Assembly (NCBI GenBank): GCA_022841375.1
Contig: JALHRQ010000015.1
Coordinates: 12,306-76,305 of the forward strand
Direction of reading: 5' to 3'
DNA from: Burkholderiales bacterium
GTDB lineage: Bacteria > Pseudomonadota > Gammaproteobacteria > Burkholderiales > SG8-41
Length of the DNA stretch: 64,000 nt
Shown here: in pieces, positions 19,445-31,480 of the stretch
How positions within the stretch are numbered: the stretch's first letter is position 1
How the letters are laid out: each line of letters starts with the position of its first letter
Position numbers and translations under genes: made by a program
The notes under the pieces: model-generated
Seen by the model: only the letters and a program-made list of their open reading frames with translations
Databases searched by the model: none
Told to the model about the DNA's origin: nothing

Positions 19445-20736
19445 TGGCGAACCTCCCGGTCACGGCTGCGGAAGGCTTCACGACCCCGCGCAGCACCATC
19501 GGCGGCAGCTGCAGCCGGGTCGGCAGTTTTGGCTGACGCCGGCGCCTCAGGCGCGACGCCGGACGCGACGCTGCCCGCGGTCATCTGCATCAACTTGTCC
19601 AGCGGCAGGTACAACATGTTACCGCCGCTTTTCTGGTCGATCAGCACCTTGCTGGTGCTGGTCATGATCTGCTGCATGGCGTCGAGATAAAGACGATCAC
19701 GCGTCACCTGCGGCGCCTTGCTGTATTCGGCGACGATCTGGCGGAAGCGTGCTGCATCACCCTGGGATTGTTCAACCACCCGGCTGCGATAACCCTCGGA
19801 CTCCTGCATCAGCCGCGCCGCCATACCGCGGGCTTTAGGTACCACGTCGTTGGCGTAAGCTTCACCTTCATTCTTCTGCCGTTCGCGATCCTGGCCGGCC
19901 TTGACCGCATCATCGAACGACGCCTGCACCTGTTCGGGCGGCTGCGCGTTCTGCATGGTCACGTTGCTGACATTGATGCCGGTCTGGTAACGGTCAAGAA
20001 TTTCCTGCGTCAGCTTGCGCGCTTTGGCCGCCACTTCGGCACGACCTTCATACAACACGAAGTCCATTTTGCTGCGGCCGACGATTTCACGGATGGCCGT
20101 CTCGGCAGCCTGCAGCACGGAATCATCCGTGGCGCGGTTATTGAACAGATAATCACTCGGGCTTTTGAGCACGTATTGAACCGCAAACTGGACGTCGATG
20201 ATGTTTTCATCGTCGGTCAGCATCAGTGCCTCTTTCAGAACCTTGCTTTTGACGTTGTTGCGATAACCGATTTCGACAGTGCGCACCTGCGCGACGTTGA
20301 CCACCTCGGCGGATTCGACCGGATACGGCAAGTGCCAGCGCGGCCCCGGCATCGTCGCCTCGACGTATTTACCGAAGCGCAGCACAACACCGCGCTGACC
20401 TTCATTGACGATATAGAAGCCGCTGGCAAGCCACACCACGACGATCAATCCAAACAACAAACCGGCACCCCCACCCAGCGCCCCCAGGCTCGGGCCACCG
20501 CCTCCGGGAGATTCATTGCCACCGGAATTGCCGCCCTTGTCGCCCCTGCTGCCGAACAAGCGGTTCAACTTGCTGTTCAAATTGCGCCAGATCTCATCGA
20601 GATCAGGCGGACCCTGATTACCGCCGTTATTCGGCCGGCGCCCCCATTGCGGATCGTTGAGTGACAGCAATGGCGCCAGAACGCGGGCAAGACCACCTTT
20701 GAGGCGGTCACGGAGAGACCTTGAGGATGCAATCAT
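19441..20736 (-). CDS. hflK: protease modulator HflK (SPFH/band-7)
   Basis: Gly-rich N-terminus (NDPQWGRRPNNGGNQGPPDLDEIWRNL), a TM helix and an SPFH domain. I chose the ATG at 20736; the longer ORF overlaps hflX. Confidence 0.9.
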   Translation of the reverse strand: MIASSRSLRDRLKGGLARVLAPLLSLNDPQWGRRPNNGGNQGPPDLDEIWRNLNSKLNRLFGSRGDKGGNSGGNESPGGGGPSLGALGGGAGLLFGLIVVVWLASGFYIVNEGQRGVVLRFGKYVEATMPGPRWHLPYPVESAEVVNVAQVRTVEIGYRNNVKSKVLKEALMLTDDENIIDVQFAVQYVLKSPSDYLFNNRATDDSVLQAAETAIREIVGRSKMDFVLYEGRAEVAAKARKLTQEILDRYQTGINVSNVTMQNAQPPEQVQASFDDAVKAGQDRERQKNEGEAYANDVVPKARGMAARLMQESEGYRSRVVEQSQGDAARFRQIVAEYSKAPQVTRDRLYLDAMQQIMTSTSKVLIDQKSGGNMLYLPLDKLMQMTAGSVASGVAPEAPASAKTADPAAAAADGAARGREAFRSRDREVRQ

Positions 20737-20749
20737 CGGATCAGTTTTT

Positions 20750-21868
20750 TCAGGCGGCTGCGGGTTGATTGGATCTGGCGGCTTCCATCGCATGTTCTGC
20801 GATGGCGGTGCGCAAAAGCTCGACACCATCACCGTTTGCTGCGCTTACCCAGATGCGGGAAATTCTAGCACACTCGTCTCTCTCAGCCCGGGGCTCAAAG
20901 GCGGTGCGGTCAATCTTGTTCATGATCATGATCTGAGGGGTTTTATCGGCACCAATTTCGGTCAGCACGGTATTGACCGCAGCGATCTGAGTGTCTCGAT
21001 CCGGGCTGCTGGCGTCCACCACGTGCAGCAGCAAATCGGCATGTACGGTCTCCTCCAGCGTCGCCTGGAAAGCTTCGACCAGGGTATGCGGCAGGTGGCG
21101 GATAAAACCCACGGTATCCGAAATGACCACCGAAGCCCCTGCGACGCCGCTCAGACGCCGGGTCGTGGTGTCGAGGGTCGCAAACAACTGGTCGGCCGCA
21201 TAGGCGTCGGAACGGGTCAACCGGTTAAACAATGTTGACTTGCCGGCATTGGTGTATCCGACCAGAGAGATCGAAAATACGTGGGCCCGCTCGCGCGAGC
21301 GGCGCTGGGTGGCATGCTGGGCGCGAACTTTCAGCAGTTTTTCCTTGAGCACCTTGACGCGTTTGCCGAGCAGCCGGCGGTCGGTTTCCAATTGCGTTTC
21401 GCCGGGCCCGCGCATGCCAATACCGCCGCGCTGACGCTCCAAGTGGGTCCATCCGCGGACCAGCCGGGTCGACAGGTGCTCCAGTTGCGCCAGTTCCACC
21501 TGTAATTTGCCGATATGGCTGCGTGCACGCTGGGCGAAAATATCGAGAATAAGGCTGGTACGGTCGACCACGCGGCAATTGAGCCTGCGCTCCAGATTGC
21601 GTTCCTGGATCGGGCTCAGGGCATGGTTGAAAAGGACCAGCGAGGCTCCGCTATCCGTGACCGTCTGGGCAATTTCATCAACCTTGCCCTTGCCGGCGAA
21701 CATGGCGGCATCCGGCCGCTCGCGGCGACCACGAACTACCGCAGCAACTGAAACGCCGCTGCTGCGGCCCAGCAATTGCAGCTCGTCGACGCTTTCAGCG
21801 TAATCCGGGACGCCAAAATCCAGCGCCACAATGACGGCTTTGGTGCCGCTACCCGGACGCTCAAACAT
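20750..21868 (-). CDS. hflX: GTPase HflX
   Basis: [14 protein letters not shown] (G1), DTVGF (G3), NKID (G4). ATG at 21868; a TTG one codon upstream is also possible. Confidence 0.92.
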   Translation of the reverse strand: MFERPGSGTKAVIVALDFGVPDYAESVDELQLLGRSSGVSVAAVVRGRRERPDAAMFAGKGKVDEIAQTVTDSGASLVLFNHALSPIQERNLERRLNCRVVDRTSLILDIFAQRARSHIGKLQVELAQLEHLSTRLVRGWTHLERQRGGIGMRGPGETQLETDRRLLGKRVKVLKEKLLKVRAQHATQRRSRERAHVFSISLVGYTNAGKSTLFNRLTRSDAYAADQLFATLDTTTRRLSGVAGASVVISDTVGFIRHLPHTLVEAFQATLEETVHADLLLHVVDASSPDRDTQIAAVNTVLTEIGADKTPQIMIMNKIDRTAFEPRAERDECARISRIWVSAANGDGVELLRTAIAEHAMEAARSNQPAAA

Positions 21869-21891
21869 CAAATTTTTTCAATAAAAAACAA

Positions 21892-22131
21892 TTACTTGTC
21901 TTGTTTTTCATCCATCTGCAGGCTGACTGCACGTGCCGGCACCACGGTGGAGATCGCATGTTTATAAACCATCTGCGTCACCGTGTTTTTCAACAACACC
22001 ACATATTGATCAAAGGAATCCACTTGCCCTTGCAGCTTGATACCGTTAACCAGATAGATCGACACGGGGATATGTTCCTTGCGCAAAGCGTTCAGGAACG
22101 GGTCTTGTAGCAACTGCCCTTTATTACTCAT
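21892..22131 (-). CDS. hfq: RNA chaperone Hfq
   Basis: [40 protein letters not shown]... (Sm1/Sm2 motifs); 79 aa. Confidence 0.96.
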   Translation of the reverse strand: MSNKGQLLQDPFLNALRKEHIPVSIYLVNGIKLQGQVDSFDQYVVLLKNTVTQMVYKHAISTVVPARAVSLQMDEKQDK

Positions 22132-22198
22132 GGTGCCCTCTTGATTTTAGTTATTCGAACAATCACTCTAGCCTAATATTTCCCGTCTGGCCATATAG

Positions 22199-23539
22199 TT
22201 AGCTGCGTTTGGCCGCGCGGTTTGCGAAGGGATTCCGGCCGGTCTTGAACTCCACCCTGAGCGGTGTCCCGGTGAGTTTGAACGTGTCACGGAAGAATCG
22301 TTCCAGATAACGCCGGTATGAATCCGACACCCCGTCCAGCGCCGTTCCGTGAACAATGATTCGCGGCGGATTGGACCCACCCTGATGGGCATAGCGCATT
22401 TTCGGCCGCACCATCCCCGAACGCGGGGGTTGTTGCTGCTGGACCGCCATCATCAACGCCCGCGTCAGCCGCGGCGTCGCCAGCTGGGCCATGGCTGCGG
22501 CATACGCCTCGTCAGCAGACCGCAGCAAGGCGCCGATGCCCTGCCCCTCCAGCGCCGAAATGAAATGAAAGCGCGCAAAATTGAGGAAGTTCAGCTTGCG
22601 TGCGCCATCGCGCTTGATTTGCTCGCGTTCCAGCTCGGTGAGGCCTTCCCACTTATTGACGGCCACCACCAGCGCCCGCCCTGCTTCCAGAATAAACCCG
22701 GCGATATGCGCATCCTGTTCGGAGATTTCCTGGCGCGCGTCGAGCACCAGGATGGCGATGTTGGCGTCAGCAATCGACTGCAATGTCTTGATCACCGAAA
22801 ACTTCTCGACTGCTTCGTCCACCTTGCCTCGCTTGCGCATGCCGGCGGTGTCGACCAGGGTGTAACGTTTGCCTTCACGCTCGAAATCGATGGAAATCGA
22901 ATCGCGTGTGGTTCCCGGAAGGTCAAACACAACCACCCGCTCTTCGCCGAGCAAGGCATTAACGAGAGTGGATTTGCCGACGTTGGGCCGGCCAACAATG
23001 GCAATCTTCGGGTGTTTGGATTCGTCTTCGACGGCGCGTTCAGGCGCCGAAAATTCAGCGAGCACCAGATCCATCAGGTCACTGACATATTCCCCGTGCG
23101 CCGCTGAAATCGCCAGCGGCTCACCCATACCCAGCGCATGAAATTCCGCGGTCGACATCGCCGAATTCATGCCCTCGGCCTTATTCACGATCACCCAAAC
23201 TTTGCGCCCGCTGCGCCGCAACTCGGTGCCGATTTCCCGGTCCTGCGCCGTCAGCCCTGCACGAGCGTCGACGATGAACAGCACCACATCGGCTTCATCG
23301 ACAGCCTGCCGGGTCTGCCTCGCCATCTGATGATAAATGCCGTCCTTGGCCACCGGCTCAAAGCCGCCGGTATCCACCACCAGATAGGATTTGGTGCCGA
23401 CACGGCCTTCGCCGTAATGCCTGTCGCGGGTAATGCCAGGCGCATCCACCACGATCGCCTCGCGGGTGCGGGTAAGCCGGTTGAACAACGTCGATTTACC
23501 GACGTTGGGCCTGCCGACGATGACGACTGTGGGTTTCAT
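22199..23539 (-). CDS. der: ribosome-associated GTPase Der/EngA
   Basis: Two tandem GTPase domains ([14 protein letters not shown] and [14 protein letters not shown]) plus a KH-like C-terminus. ATG chosen at 23539. Confidence 0.93.
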   Translation of the reverse strand: MKPTVVIVGRPNVGKSTLFNRLTRTREAIVVDAPGITRDRHYGEGRVGTKSYLVVDTGGFEPVAKDGIYHQMARQTRQAVDEADVVLFIVDARAGLTAQDREIGTELRRSGRKVWVIVNKAEGMNSAMSTAEFHALGMGEPLAISAAHGEYVSDLMDLVLAEFSAPERAVEDESKHPKIAIVGRPNVGKSTLVNALLGEERVVVFDLPGTTRDSISIDFEREGKRYTLVDTAGMRKRGKVDEAVEKFSVIKTLQSIADANIAILVLDARQEISEQDAHIAGFILEAGRALVVAVNKWEGLTELEREQIKRDGARKLNFLNFARFHFISALEGQGIGALLRSADEAYAAAMAQLATPRLTRALMMAVQQQQPPRSGMVRPKMRYAHQGGSNPPRIIVHGTALDGVSDSYRRYLERFFRDTFKLTGTPLRVEFKTGRNPFANRAAKRS

Positions 23540-23610
23540 GTCTAAATGCCACTGAGGCCGCAACATTGCTGTGGCCGATTGAAATTCGGTTCGGCGCGCA
23601 AACTGCGGCA

Positions 23611-23706
23611 CCGCTGTTACTGGTCCAGCTACAAGCCCGTTGTTAGCGGACCGTTGTTAGCGGACCGTTGTCAGTAGACCGCTTTTACTGGACCGCATCT
23701 ACTGGA
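23611..23706. repeat. degenerate 14-bp tandem array (CCGYTKTYASYGGA)
   Basis: Five contiguous units at 23637-23706: ccgttgttagcgga x2, ccgttgtcagtaga, ccgcttttactgga, ccgcatctactgga. One further unit is at 23611-23624. The last unit overlaps the bamB stop. Confidence 0.8.
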
Positions 23707-24850
23707 CATTAATCGCAAACACCCCGCCGCTGCGGGTCTGCACCAGAAACGTGGACAGATCGATCGCAATCGGCGGTGCCTGGATCGGGCTGCCATCCGT
23801 CGCGATACGCGCGACAAACGCGCCGTCTTCACGCGACATGACATGCACAAAACCCTGGACATCGCCAACAATCACGTAGCGCCCCAGCGCCAGCGGCGCA
23901 CTCGCCCAGCGGCCCTGAAGCTTGTCCTGCTTCCACAGTCCTGAACCGGCGCGGCGATCATACGCCTGCACCGCGCTGCGCTCGTCGGTGACATATACAT
24001 TGCGCGCATCCAGCCCCATGCCGGCAATGCTCGAAACATCACGCGCCCACACCGTCTCGCCGCGCTGCACCTCAAAACAGGCGACCCGCCCCTGAAATGC
24101 CACGGCGCAGACCTGAGTGCCATCCAGCACCGGGAAACTCGTCACATCGGTCACACGCTCCAGTTCGGTAGTGCCCTTGGGCAAGGCAACGACGGCTTCC
24201 CAACCGACATTGCCGTTCTGCAGCGCAATCGCCACCAACCGACCACCGGGGAAGCCTGCAAATACCGCGCCGCGTTCCACCACGATGCCGGCATAACTGC
24301 GCACGGCCAGCGGCGGTAAGGCACGCTGATAAACCCAGCGCTGTTTGCCGTCTGCGGCATTCAAACCATAAATACGGCCGTCTCCTGTCCTCACCACAAT
24401 AATGCCTTCGGCACCGGCCGGGGGCGACAGCACCTCGCCGGTCAGTTGCACCTTCCAGACGGGCTTGCCGGTGGGTTCGAAAGCCAGCACCTCCCCGCGC
24501 GGTGTGCCGACCACAATCAACCCCGAACCGAAGCCCACGCCGCCTGACAAGGGGGTGCCGGCTTCAAACCGCAGCTGCTGCGCACCGGTGCTGGCGTTAA
24601 AACCGGCAATCTGGCCGGAAGCACCGCCGGCATAAACTGTATTGCCGACGCTCGTCGGGTAAAACCCGCCATTCCCCGCATTGCCTACACTGGATTGCCA
24701 GATGACACGCATTGTGGCGCGCGCCTCGAATGTCACCAGTTCAGCCGCCTTCTGCTTGGGTCCGGAACCGAACCAGCCGTCATAAACACTGGATACGGTT
24801 TGACACCCCTGCAACAGCAGGAAGACGGCGATCAGCAACAGGCGGCGCAT
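23699..24850 (-). CDS. bamB: outer-membrane protein assembly factor BamB (PQQ-like beta-propeller lipoprotein)
   Basis: Lipobox LLQGC, repeated propeller blades, and a position between yfgM and der. Confidence 0.9.
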   Translation of the reverse strand: MRRLLLIAVFLLLQGCQTVSSVYDGWFGSGPKQKAAELVTFEARATMRVIWQSSVGNAGNGGFYPTSVGNTVYAGGASGQIAGFNASTGAQQLRFEAGTPLSGGVGFGSGLIVVGTPRGEVLAFEPTGKPVWKVQLTGEVLSPPAGAEGIIVVRTGDGRIYGLNAADGKQRWVYQRALPPLAVRSYAGIVVERGAVFAGFPGGRLVAIALQNGNVGWEAVVALPKGTTELERVTDVTSFPVLDGTQVCAVAFQGRVACFEVQRGETVWARDVSSIAGMGLDARNVYVTDERSAVQAYDRRAGSGLWKQDKLQGRWASAPLALGRYVIVGDVQGFVHVMSREDGAFVARIATDGSPIQAPPIAIDLSTFLVQTRSGGVFAINVQ

Positions 24851-25485
24851 TACTTGTTCTCGCCCAATGCATCGATTTTCAACTGGACAATCTGGCGGGT
24901 CGGACTTGCCGCATCACTCTTTTCCAGCGCGATCTGATAAGCCGCACGTGCATCGGCGCGTTTACCGCCGGCGAGCAAGGCATCGCCTTTGACGTCGGCA
25001 TAAAGACCAATAAAACTCTCTCCGTGTTTGGCTTCGAGCAGTTTCAGCGCTTCGGCAGGATTTTTCTCGTCGAGCAGCACTCTCGCCAAGCGCAGCCGCG
25101 CCACATCGCGCGCTTCTTCTTCCTTGCCGTTATCGATCACCCATTGCAACCGGGATTTCGCAGCTGGAAGATCACCGGTATCGAAATTGCTTTTCGCCGC
25201 CGCCAGCGAAGCCATAGTGGCGTACTGCGTTGAAGAATATTTATCGACCATCTGCGCGGCAATGTCGCGGACTTTTTTGTGATCGCTGGCCCGTTCCGCG
25301 CGCTGCATTTGATCAAACAATGTCAGGGCCGAAGCGGCCTGCGTATTGCGGTAGTAGTGCCAGCCGCGAATGCCGCCGACCACCAGCAAAGCGGCAACGA
25401 CGGTGACAATGACCAATTTGCCGTATTGCGACCACCAAGATTTGATTGCTGCAAGTTGCTCCTGCTCTTCAAGATCGTAAGCCAT
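24850..25485 (-). CDS. YfgM-family membrane-anchored TPR-like protein
   Basis: 211 aa. An N-terminal EEQEQL...WW motif followed by a TM helix. Conserved position between hisS and bamB. Confidence 0.8.
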   Translation of the reverse strand: MAYDLEEQEQLAAIKSWWSQYGKLVIVTVVAALLVVGGIRGWHYYRNTQAASALTLFDQMQRAERASDHKKVRDIAAQMVDKYSSTQYATMASLAAAKSNFDTGDLPAAKSRLQWVIDNGKEEEARDVARLRLARVLLDEKNPAEALKLLEAKHGESFIGLYADVKGDALLAGGKRADARAAYQIALEKSDAASPTRQIVQLKIDALGENK

Positions 25486-25489
25486 TGAT

Positions 25490-26782
25490 TTACCTAGTTT
25501 TTATAATCTCGCACGTTTCCGACAGTGGAACGCGCACCTGTTCCCGCCGCACCTGTTCTTGCCGCCCCTCTTCCAGCTCTACCCTCAACGATTTCACCGT
25601 CAGCAGGCCGGCCCGCGCTTCATCGTCTCCAATGATTACCGCAAACCGGGCCCCGCTGCCATCCGCCTTTTTCATCTGCGACTTGAAGCTGCCGCCACCG
25701 CAATGCAGGATGACCGCGAGGCCGGCATCACGCATCCGCTCGGCCACCTGCTCACCGTAAGCCATCGCCGCATCGCCCTGGCGGACAATGTAGGCATCAG
25801 GCACGGTTTCAGGTACTGCGGCACTGCCATCGACCAGCAAAGCGAGCAACCGTTCCACACCCATCGCGAAACCGCAGGCCGGCGCCGGTTTGCCGCCGAT
25901 CTGTTCGATCAATCCGTCATAACGGCCCCCTGCACACACAGTCCCCTGCGCGCCCAGCCGGTCGGTCACCCACTCAAAAACGGTACCATTGTAATAGTCC
26001 AGCCCGCGCACCAGACGCGGATTGATGCGGAAGGCCAGCCCGGCCGCCCGCAATGAAGCTTGCAGGGTCGCAAAGGCCTGCGCGGATTCATCATCCAGAT
26101 CATCCGCCAGCTGCGGTGCCGCTTCAATCACCGCCTGCATCGCAGGATTCTTGCTATCCAGAACGCGCAACGGGTTACTGTGCATGCGCCGCTTCGCGTC
26201 CTCATCGAGCTCACCGACCCGGCTTTCCAGATAAGTGACCAGTTTGGCACGGTAACGGGTGCGCGCTTCTGCCGAACCCAGAGAATTCAGTTCCAGCGTG
26301 ATGCCGTCCAGCCCGAGTTCCTTCCACAGCCGTGCGCACATCAGAAGGTGTTCGGCATCGATGTCCGGCCCGGCAAAACCCAGTGCCTCGACACCGATCT
26401 GGTGAAACTGCCTGTAACGCCCCTTCTGCGGCCGCTCATGACGGAACATCGGCCCCCGGTACCACAGCCGTTGCGGACCCGGATACAGCAGGTTGTGTTC
26501 GATCGCCGAGCGCACGCACGACGCCGTGCCTTCAGGACGCAACGTCAGCTGTTCACCGTTCAACTCGTCGGTAAAGGTATACATCTCCTTCTCGACGATG
26601 TCGGTGACCTCGCCAATCGAACGCACGAACAGTTCGGTGCGCTCGAGAATCGGCATGCGGATCTCGCGGTATCCGTAAGCATGAAGCCAACGCTGAACAG
26701 TACTTTCGAAAAAAGCCCAATAGCGCGCGTCATCGGGCAACACGTCATTCATGCCACGAACGCCCTGAACTTTGTTCGCCAT
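25490..26782 (-). CDS. hisS: histidine--tRNA ligase
   Basis: [42 protein letters not shown] (class II motifs). Confidence 0.95.
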   Translation of the reverse strand: MANKVQGVRGMNDVLPDDARYWAFFESTVQRWLHAYGYREIRMPILERTELFVRSIGEVTDIVEKEMYTFTDELNGEQLTLRPEGTASCVRSAIEHNLLYPGPQRLWYRGPMFRHERPQKGRYRQFHQIGVEALGFAGPDIDAEHLLMCARLWKELGLDGITLELNSLGSAEARTRYRAKLVTYLESRVGELDEDAKRRMHSNPLRVLDSKNPAMQAVIEAAPQLADDLDDESAQAFATLQASLRAAGLAFRINPRLVRGLDYYNGTVFEWVTDRLGAQGTVCAGGRYDGLIEQIGGKPAPACGFAMGVERLLALLVDGSAAVPETVPDAYIVRQGDAAMAYGEQVAERMRDAGLAVILHCGGGSFKSQMKKADGSGARFAVIIGDDEARAGLLTVKSLRVELEEGRQEQVRREQVRVPLSETCEIIKTR

Positions 26783-26802
26783 CGCCTGGAGGTCCCGTCC
26801 GG

Positions 26803-28068
26803 TCAGTGCGCGGCCGCCGCCGACACTTCGGCAGAACCGTAATGATCACGCACGTACTGATCAACAATACGCTGGAATTCTTCAGCGATCCGGTCGCCCT
26901 TTAACGTCACCGTCTTCACGCCGTCGACAAACACCGGCGCCACCGGCGTCTCGCCGGAACCCGGCAGGCTGATGCCGATGTTCGCCTGCTTGCTTTCTCC
27001 GGGACCGTTGACCACGCAACCCATCACCGCGACATGCATGTTCTCGACACCCGGATAACGGCCGCGCCACTCCGGCATCTGTTCACGCAGATAACTCTGG
27101 ATGCGGTTCGCCAACTCCTGGAACACCGTGCTTGTGGTGCGGCCGCAACCCGGGCAGGCAATAACCAGCGGCGCAAACGAGCGCAGCCCCATGGTCTGCA
27201 GCATCTCCTGCGCAACAATCACCTCACGCGTACGATCTCCACCCGGCTCCGGCGTCAGCGAGACGCGAACGGTGTCGCCAATGCCTTCCTGCAACAGCAC
27301 CGCCATCGCCGCCGTCGAAGCAACGATGCCCTTGGAGCCCATGCCGGCCTCGGTCAATCCAAGATGCAGCGGATAATCACAACGCGACGCCAGGTCGCGA
27401 TACACCGCAATCAGATCCTGCACGCCACTGACCTTGCACGACAGCACGATGCGGTCATGCGGCAATCCAAGCGCCTCGGCCTGCCGCGCGCTTTCCAGTG
27501 CCGAAGTGACCAACGCGTCACGCATCACGACCGTCGCGTCGCGAGGTTGCGGCAGCCGGCCATTGTCGTCCATCAGGCGCGCCAGCAGTTCCTGGTCAAG
27601 GCTGCCCCAGTTGACGCCGATGCGTACCGGCTTGTTCAGCCGGCAGGCGAAATCAATCATGGTCGCGAACTGCTCGTCGCGCTTCGCCCCCTTGCCGACG
27701 TTGCCGGGATTGATGCGCAGTTTGGCCAGCGCTTCGGCGCAGGCCGGATGCTGGGTCAGCAACCGGTGGCCGTTGAAATGAAAGTCACCCACCAGCGGTA
27801 CATTGACGCCGCGTTTATCAAGTTGCTCGCGGATCACCGGAACAGCGGCCGCGGCCTCAGCGTTATTCACTGTCACACGAACGATCTCGGAGCCCGCGCG
27901 CGCCAACGCGGCGACCTGTTCGACCGTGCCGGCAATATCCGCAGTATCGGTATTCGTCATCGACTGAACCACAATCGGTGCACCGCCGCCGACAGCAACG
28001 TTGCCGACGCTCACTCCGACGCTGCGCCGGCGGGCCGCCGGACCATGGGAAGGCAGACACGTAGTCAT
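26803..28068 (-). CDS. ispG: 4-hydroxy-3-methylbut-2-enyl diphosphate synthase
   Basis: [31 protein letters not shown] (Fe-S ligands). Confidence 0.94.
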   Translation of the reverse strand: MTTCLPSHGPAARRRSVGVSVGNVAVGGGAPIVVQSMTNTDTADIAGTVEQVAALARAGSEIVRVTVNNAEAAAAVPVIREQLDKRGVNVPLVGDFHFNGHRLLTQHPACAEALAKLRINPGNVGKGAKRDEQFATMIDFACRLNKPVRIGVNWGSLDQELLARLMDDNGRLPQPRDATVVMRDALVTSALESARQAEALGLPHDRIVLSCKVSGVQDLIAVYRDLASRCDYPLHLGLTEAGMGSKGIVASTAAMAVLLQEGIGDTVRVSLTPEPGGDRTREVIVAQEMLQTMGLRSFAPLVIACPGCGRTTSTVFQELANRIQSYLREQMPEWRGRYPGVENMHVAVMGCVVNGPGESKQANIGISLPGSGETPVAPVFVDGVKTVTLKGDRIAEEFQRIVDQYVRDHYGSAEVSAAAAH

Positions 28069-28075
28069 CGCCGCA

Positions 28076-28936
28076 TCATTCCAAAGTAAACCGCGCCACT
28101 TCGACCTTGGTATGCGGAGCCAGATCGACCGTGCGTCCTTTATAGGTCACGCGTACGCCGCTGGCATTGCCGATCACCACATTCAGCGGCGGCAACCCCT
28201 GCACAATCTGCACCGCCCCTGCAGGATTGAGTTGCGAGAACACGATGCGATCTTCCCGGTCGCGCACCTCAACCCAGGATTGCCTGTCAAACACCATTCT
28301 CATTTCCACACTGCCCGCGCGTTTTGCCGGCGGTGCGGCGACCGGTGCCGGGGCCGGTACCGGCTGAACCGGTTCAACCACGGGCTCGGTCTTCACGGCC
28401 GCAGAAACATCTCCCGGGATCGGCACCATCACCTGCACTGGAAGTGCCTCGGAGGGTGCCGGTGTTTCCGCTTTCGGCGTCACCTCAGCGGGCACCTCGG
28501 CAGACGGCGATGAATAAACATATTCGAACAGCACCACGACAGCCGCAAGCACCGCAATCAGCACTGCATATATGGGCCAGCGTGGTCCGCGGCCATCGGG
28601 AAAAGGAATGTTGTGCGAGTGCGGTATCGCTGCACCGGCCGCCAGCGGGTCCTGGGGCATCGTCAGCCCGGCAACCAGGGCTTCGCCATCCAGATCCATC
28701 AGACGCGCGTAATTACGAATAAAGCCACGAACGAACACCGGTCCCGGCAAATGCGCGTAATCTTCTGCTTCCAACGCTTCAATCTGCGTCGAAGACAGTT
28801 TCAGTTGCTGGGCAATCTCGGCAATGGTCTGATGACGGCGAGTCCGGGCCTCAGCCAGCGCACGACCCGGGCGCAACGCCGGAGCAGACTGGGGTGCGGG
28901 AACCGCGGATTCAAGCGGTGTATTTTCCTCGCTCAT
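28076..28936 (-). CDS. rodZ: cytoskeleton protein RodZ (HTH + TM + C-terminal domain)
   Basis: N-terminal XRE-type HTH ([22 protein letters not shown]), a central TM helix and a Pro-rich linker. Conserved position upstream of ispG. Confidence 0.85.
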   Translation of the reverse strand: MSEENTPLESAVPAPQSAPALRPGRALAEARTRRHQTIAEIAQQLKLSSTQIEALEAEDYAHLPGPVFVRGFIRNYARLMDLDGEALVAGLTMPQDPLAAGAAIPHSHNIPFPDGRGPRWPIYAVLIAVLAAVVVLFEYVYSSPSAEVPAEVTPKAETPAPSEALPVQVMVPIPGDVSAAVKTEPVVEPVQPVPAPAPVAAPPAKRAGSVEMRMVFDRQSWVEVRDREDRIVFSQLNPAGAVQIVQGLPPLNVVIGNASGVRVTYKGRTVDLAPHTKVEVARFTLE

Positions 28937-29730
28937 TCAAACCTGCCTGCCTGCAGGGCAGCCGCCTCTTTGGATTCCGGAAAATTTTTGCGCAATTGTT
29001 GCGTATAACTGGCTTCTCCAATCGGGTTGCCAATGCGGCGTTCCACGCGTATCGCCAGCCACAGCACTTCAGCATTAGCCTGGGCAGCCTGGGCAAGGCG
29101 GCGCAGATATCCCTGCGCCGCCGCGTAATTGGCTGACGCATAAGCCAGGTCTGCGAGCTGATACAGCGCCTGAGCCTGATTGGGTCTGATCGTCACGGCG
29201 CGCTGGAAATACTCCTGCGCGGAAGCATTGTCGCCGCGACGGCGCGCGCAAACACCGGCATTGATCAACGAACGCTCGGGATTCTGATATAACGGGTTCT
29301 GCACCGCCGTCAGAAGATACTTGATGCCTTCCACCTCGCGTTTGCGCTGACACAAAAACATGCCGTAATTGTTGTTGGCATCCGGATCGCCCGGGGCCAG
29401 CCGCAACGCGCGGTTGAAACTTTCTTCAGCTCGACGATCGTCCTTCAGCGCGGCGTAGACCAGCGCGGCAACGTTGTAAGTCGGCGCATAGGATGGATCC
29501 GACTGCTCTGCAATTCGCACTTCCTCAAGAGCGACGCCGATATTGCCAAGCTCGAAATAACCGGCGGCAAGTTCGGTATGAATGCGTGCTCGGTTGCGCG
29601 CCTCGCTTTCGTTGCCCGTGGTATTGACCGAAGGCTGCAGATCATTCGACTCCGGTCCAAGTGTTGCACAGCCGGCGAACAGCACCGCAATGCCCATCCA
29701 GACCGCGACACTAAAGGTGCGCATACGCAT
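28933..29730 (-). CDS. pilW: type IV pilus biogenesis/stability TPR lipoprotein PilW
   Basis: Lipobox LFAGC plus TPR repeats. The ATG at 29730 is preceded by GGGAGGG (Shine-Dalgarno). An alternative ATG at 29751 overlaps the rlmN stop. Confidence 0.8.
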   Translation of the reverse strand: MRMRTFSVAVWMGIAVLFAGCATLGPESNDLQPSVNTTGNESEARNRARIHTELAAGYFELGNIGVALEEVRIAEQSDPSYAPTYNVAALVYAALKDDRRAEESFNRALRLAPGDPDANNNYGMFLCQRKREVEGIKYLLTAVQNPLYQNPERSLINAGVCARRRGDNASAQEYFQRAVTIRPNQAQALYQLADLAYASANYAAAQGYLRRLAQAAQANAEVLWLAIRVERRIGNPIGEASYTQQLRKNFPESKEAAALQAGRFE

Positions 29731-29747
29731 GGTTTTTCCCTCCCGAG

Positions 29748-30881
29748 TCATATTCCGCCTACTTCCAGACGCCGTTGCACACGCCGGGTGCGGTCTCGAA
29801 CCTGGCCGGCCAGCTGACCGCAGGCCGCATCAATCGTATCGCCGCGTGTTTTGCGCACGGTGGTCGTCAGTCCGGCCTGGTGCAGCACGTCGCGGAACGC
29901 GCTGATGACAGGGGCAGCACTGCGCTCAAACCCGGAATCCGGAAACGCATTAAAAGGAATGAGATTGATCTTGCAGGGAACCGGCTTCACCGTGCGAACA
30001 AGTTCGCGCGCCAGTGCCACGCTGTCATTGACGCCGGCAAGCAGAACATATTCAAATGTCACAAAGTCACGCGGTGCTTTTTCGATATAGCGCACACAGG
30101 CATCCATCAGCTGCCTGATCGGGTACTTGCGATTGATCGGCACCAGTTCATCGCGCAGTTCATCATTGGGCGCATGCAGAGATACCGCCAACGCCACCGG
30201 ACAGGCGTCACGCAAACGGTCCATCGCGGGAACAATGCCGGAGGTGGACAGCGTCAGCCGGCGACGGGAAATGCCGTAGGCATGGTCATCCAGCATCAGT
30301 TGCATCGCCGAGACAACGTTGTCGAAATTCGCCAGTGGCTCGCCCATACCCATCATCACCACATTGGTGATCGGCCGCTCCATGCCGGTCGCCGCCGACA
30401 GGCTGCGGCTGGAATGCCACAACTGACCGACAATTTCGGCCGTCGTCAGATTGCGGTTGAAACCCTGCCGCCCGGTCGAGCAAAACGAACATTCGAGCGC
30501 ACAGCCGGCCTGTGAGGAAACACAAAGGGTGCCGCGATAACGACGTGCTGCGGTTGTGCCTTCTGCGGCCGGCTCGTCGTCTGCATCCCCCTCAGGAATG
30601 TAGACCGCTTCAATTGCATTCCCGGTACCGACATCGAACAGCCATTTGCGGGTGCCGTCCGGCGCAGTGGTATCCCGCAACACCTGTGGCCCCTCGATCA
30701 CCGCGCAGGCCGAGAGTTGCTCGCGAAAATCGCGGGACACGTCGGACATCAGCGCAAAGTCATTGACGCCGGACTGGTGCATCCAGCGCATCATCTGCCG
30801 GGCGCGAAACGGTTTCTCACCCCGTTCCGCGCACCACGACTGGAACTGCTCGCGGTTAAGCCCCAGCAGGTTGAGTAACAT
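29748..30881 (-). CDS. rlmN: 23S rRNA/tRNA (adenine-C2)-methyltransferase, radical SAM
   Basis: [11 protein letters not shown] (CxxxCxxC radical-SAM motif), GMGEPL, and a C-terminal Cys (DAACGQL). Confidence 0.94.
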   Translation of the reverse strand: MLLNLLGLNREQFQSWCAERGEKPFRARQMMRWMHQSGVNDFALMSDVSRDFREQLSACAVIEGPQVLRDTTAPDGTRKWLFDVGTGNAIEAVYIPEGDADDEPAAEGTTAARRYRGTLCVSSQAGCALECSFCSTGRQGFNRNLTTAEIVGQLWHSSRSLSAATGMERPITNVVMMGMGEPLANFDNVVSAMQLMLDDHAYGISRRRLTLSTSGIVPAMDRLRDACPVALAVSLHAPNDELRDELVPINRKYPIRQLMDACVRYIEKAPRDFVTFEYVLLAGVNDSVALARELVRTVKPVPCKINLIPFNAFPDSGFERSAAPVISAFRDVLHQAGLTTTVRKTRGDTIDAACGQLAGQVRDRTRRVQRRLEVGGI

Positions 30882-30908
30882 GGGCAGCCCGGTTATCTTG
30901 CACGCCGT

Positions 30909-31334
30909 TCAGCGTGAGTGCACTTCGAGCGCAGGAAAAAAGTAGGCGATCTCGACCGCCGCGTTCTGCGCGGAGTCGGAGCCGTGCACGGCGTTAGCGT
31001 CGATGCTGTCGGCGAAATCTGCGCGGATCGTGCCTTTGTCGGCCTTCTTCGGGTCGGTGGCGCCCATCAGATCGCGATTTTTCTGCATCGCATTTTCACC
31101 TTCCAGCACCTGAATCATCACCGGGCCGGAAATCATGAATGCAACGAGTTCACCAAAAAACGGGCGTTCTTTGTGCACCGCATAAAAACCCTCGGCTTGT
31201 GCGCGTGACAACTGGGTCATGCGTGCCGCGACAATGCGCAGGCCGGCGCCTTCAAAGCGCGAGTAAATCTGACCGATCACGTTTTTGGCAACGGCATCGG
31301 GTTTGATGATGGAAAGCGTGCGTTCGACAGCCAT
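30909..31334 (-). CDS. ndk: nucleoside-diphosphate kinase
   Basis: [12 protein letters not shown]...NAVHGSDS (active-site His); 141 aa. Confidence 0.96.
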   Translation of the reverse strand: MAVERTLSIIKPDAVAKNVIGQIYSRFEGAGLRIVAARMTQLSRAQAEGFYAVHKERPFFGELVAFMISGPVMIQVLEGENAMQKNRDLMGATDPKKADKGTIRADFADSIDANAVHGSDSAQNAAVEIAYFFPALEVHSR

Positions 31335-31480
31335 GAAAATCCCCTACTTCCAGAGTTTGAAATAACCCGGGAGAATAGCACGATAACGCCTTGAATAAAA
31401 GACACTTACCGGCAAATTTGCCGTAAAAACAAAGGCTTTGAAGGAACTAGCGGGTTGGCGAAGGATGCCGCCCGCAATTC

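Noticed and set aside
31410-31423. Perfect 14-bp palindrome CGGCAAATTTGCCG about 75 nt upstream of ndk.
   Set aside because: It is a single short palindrome with no second copy in the window and no adjacent regulator gene, so the evidence for an operator is insufficient.
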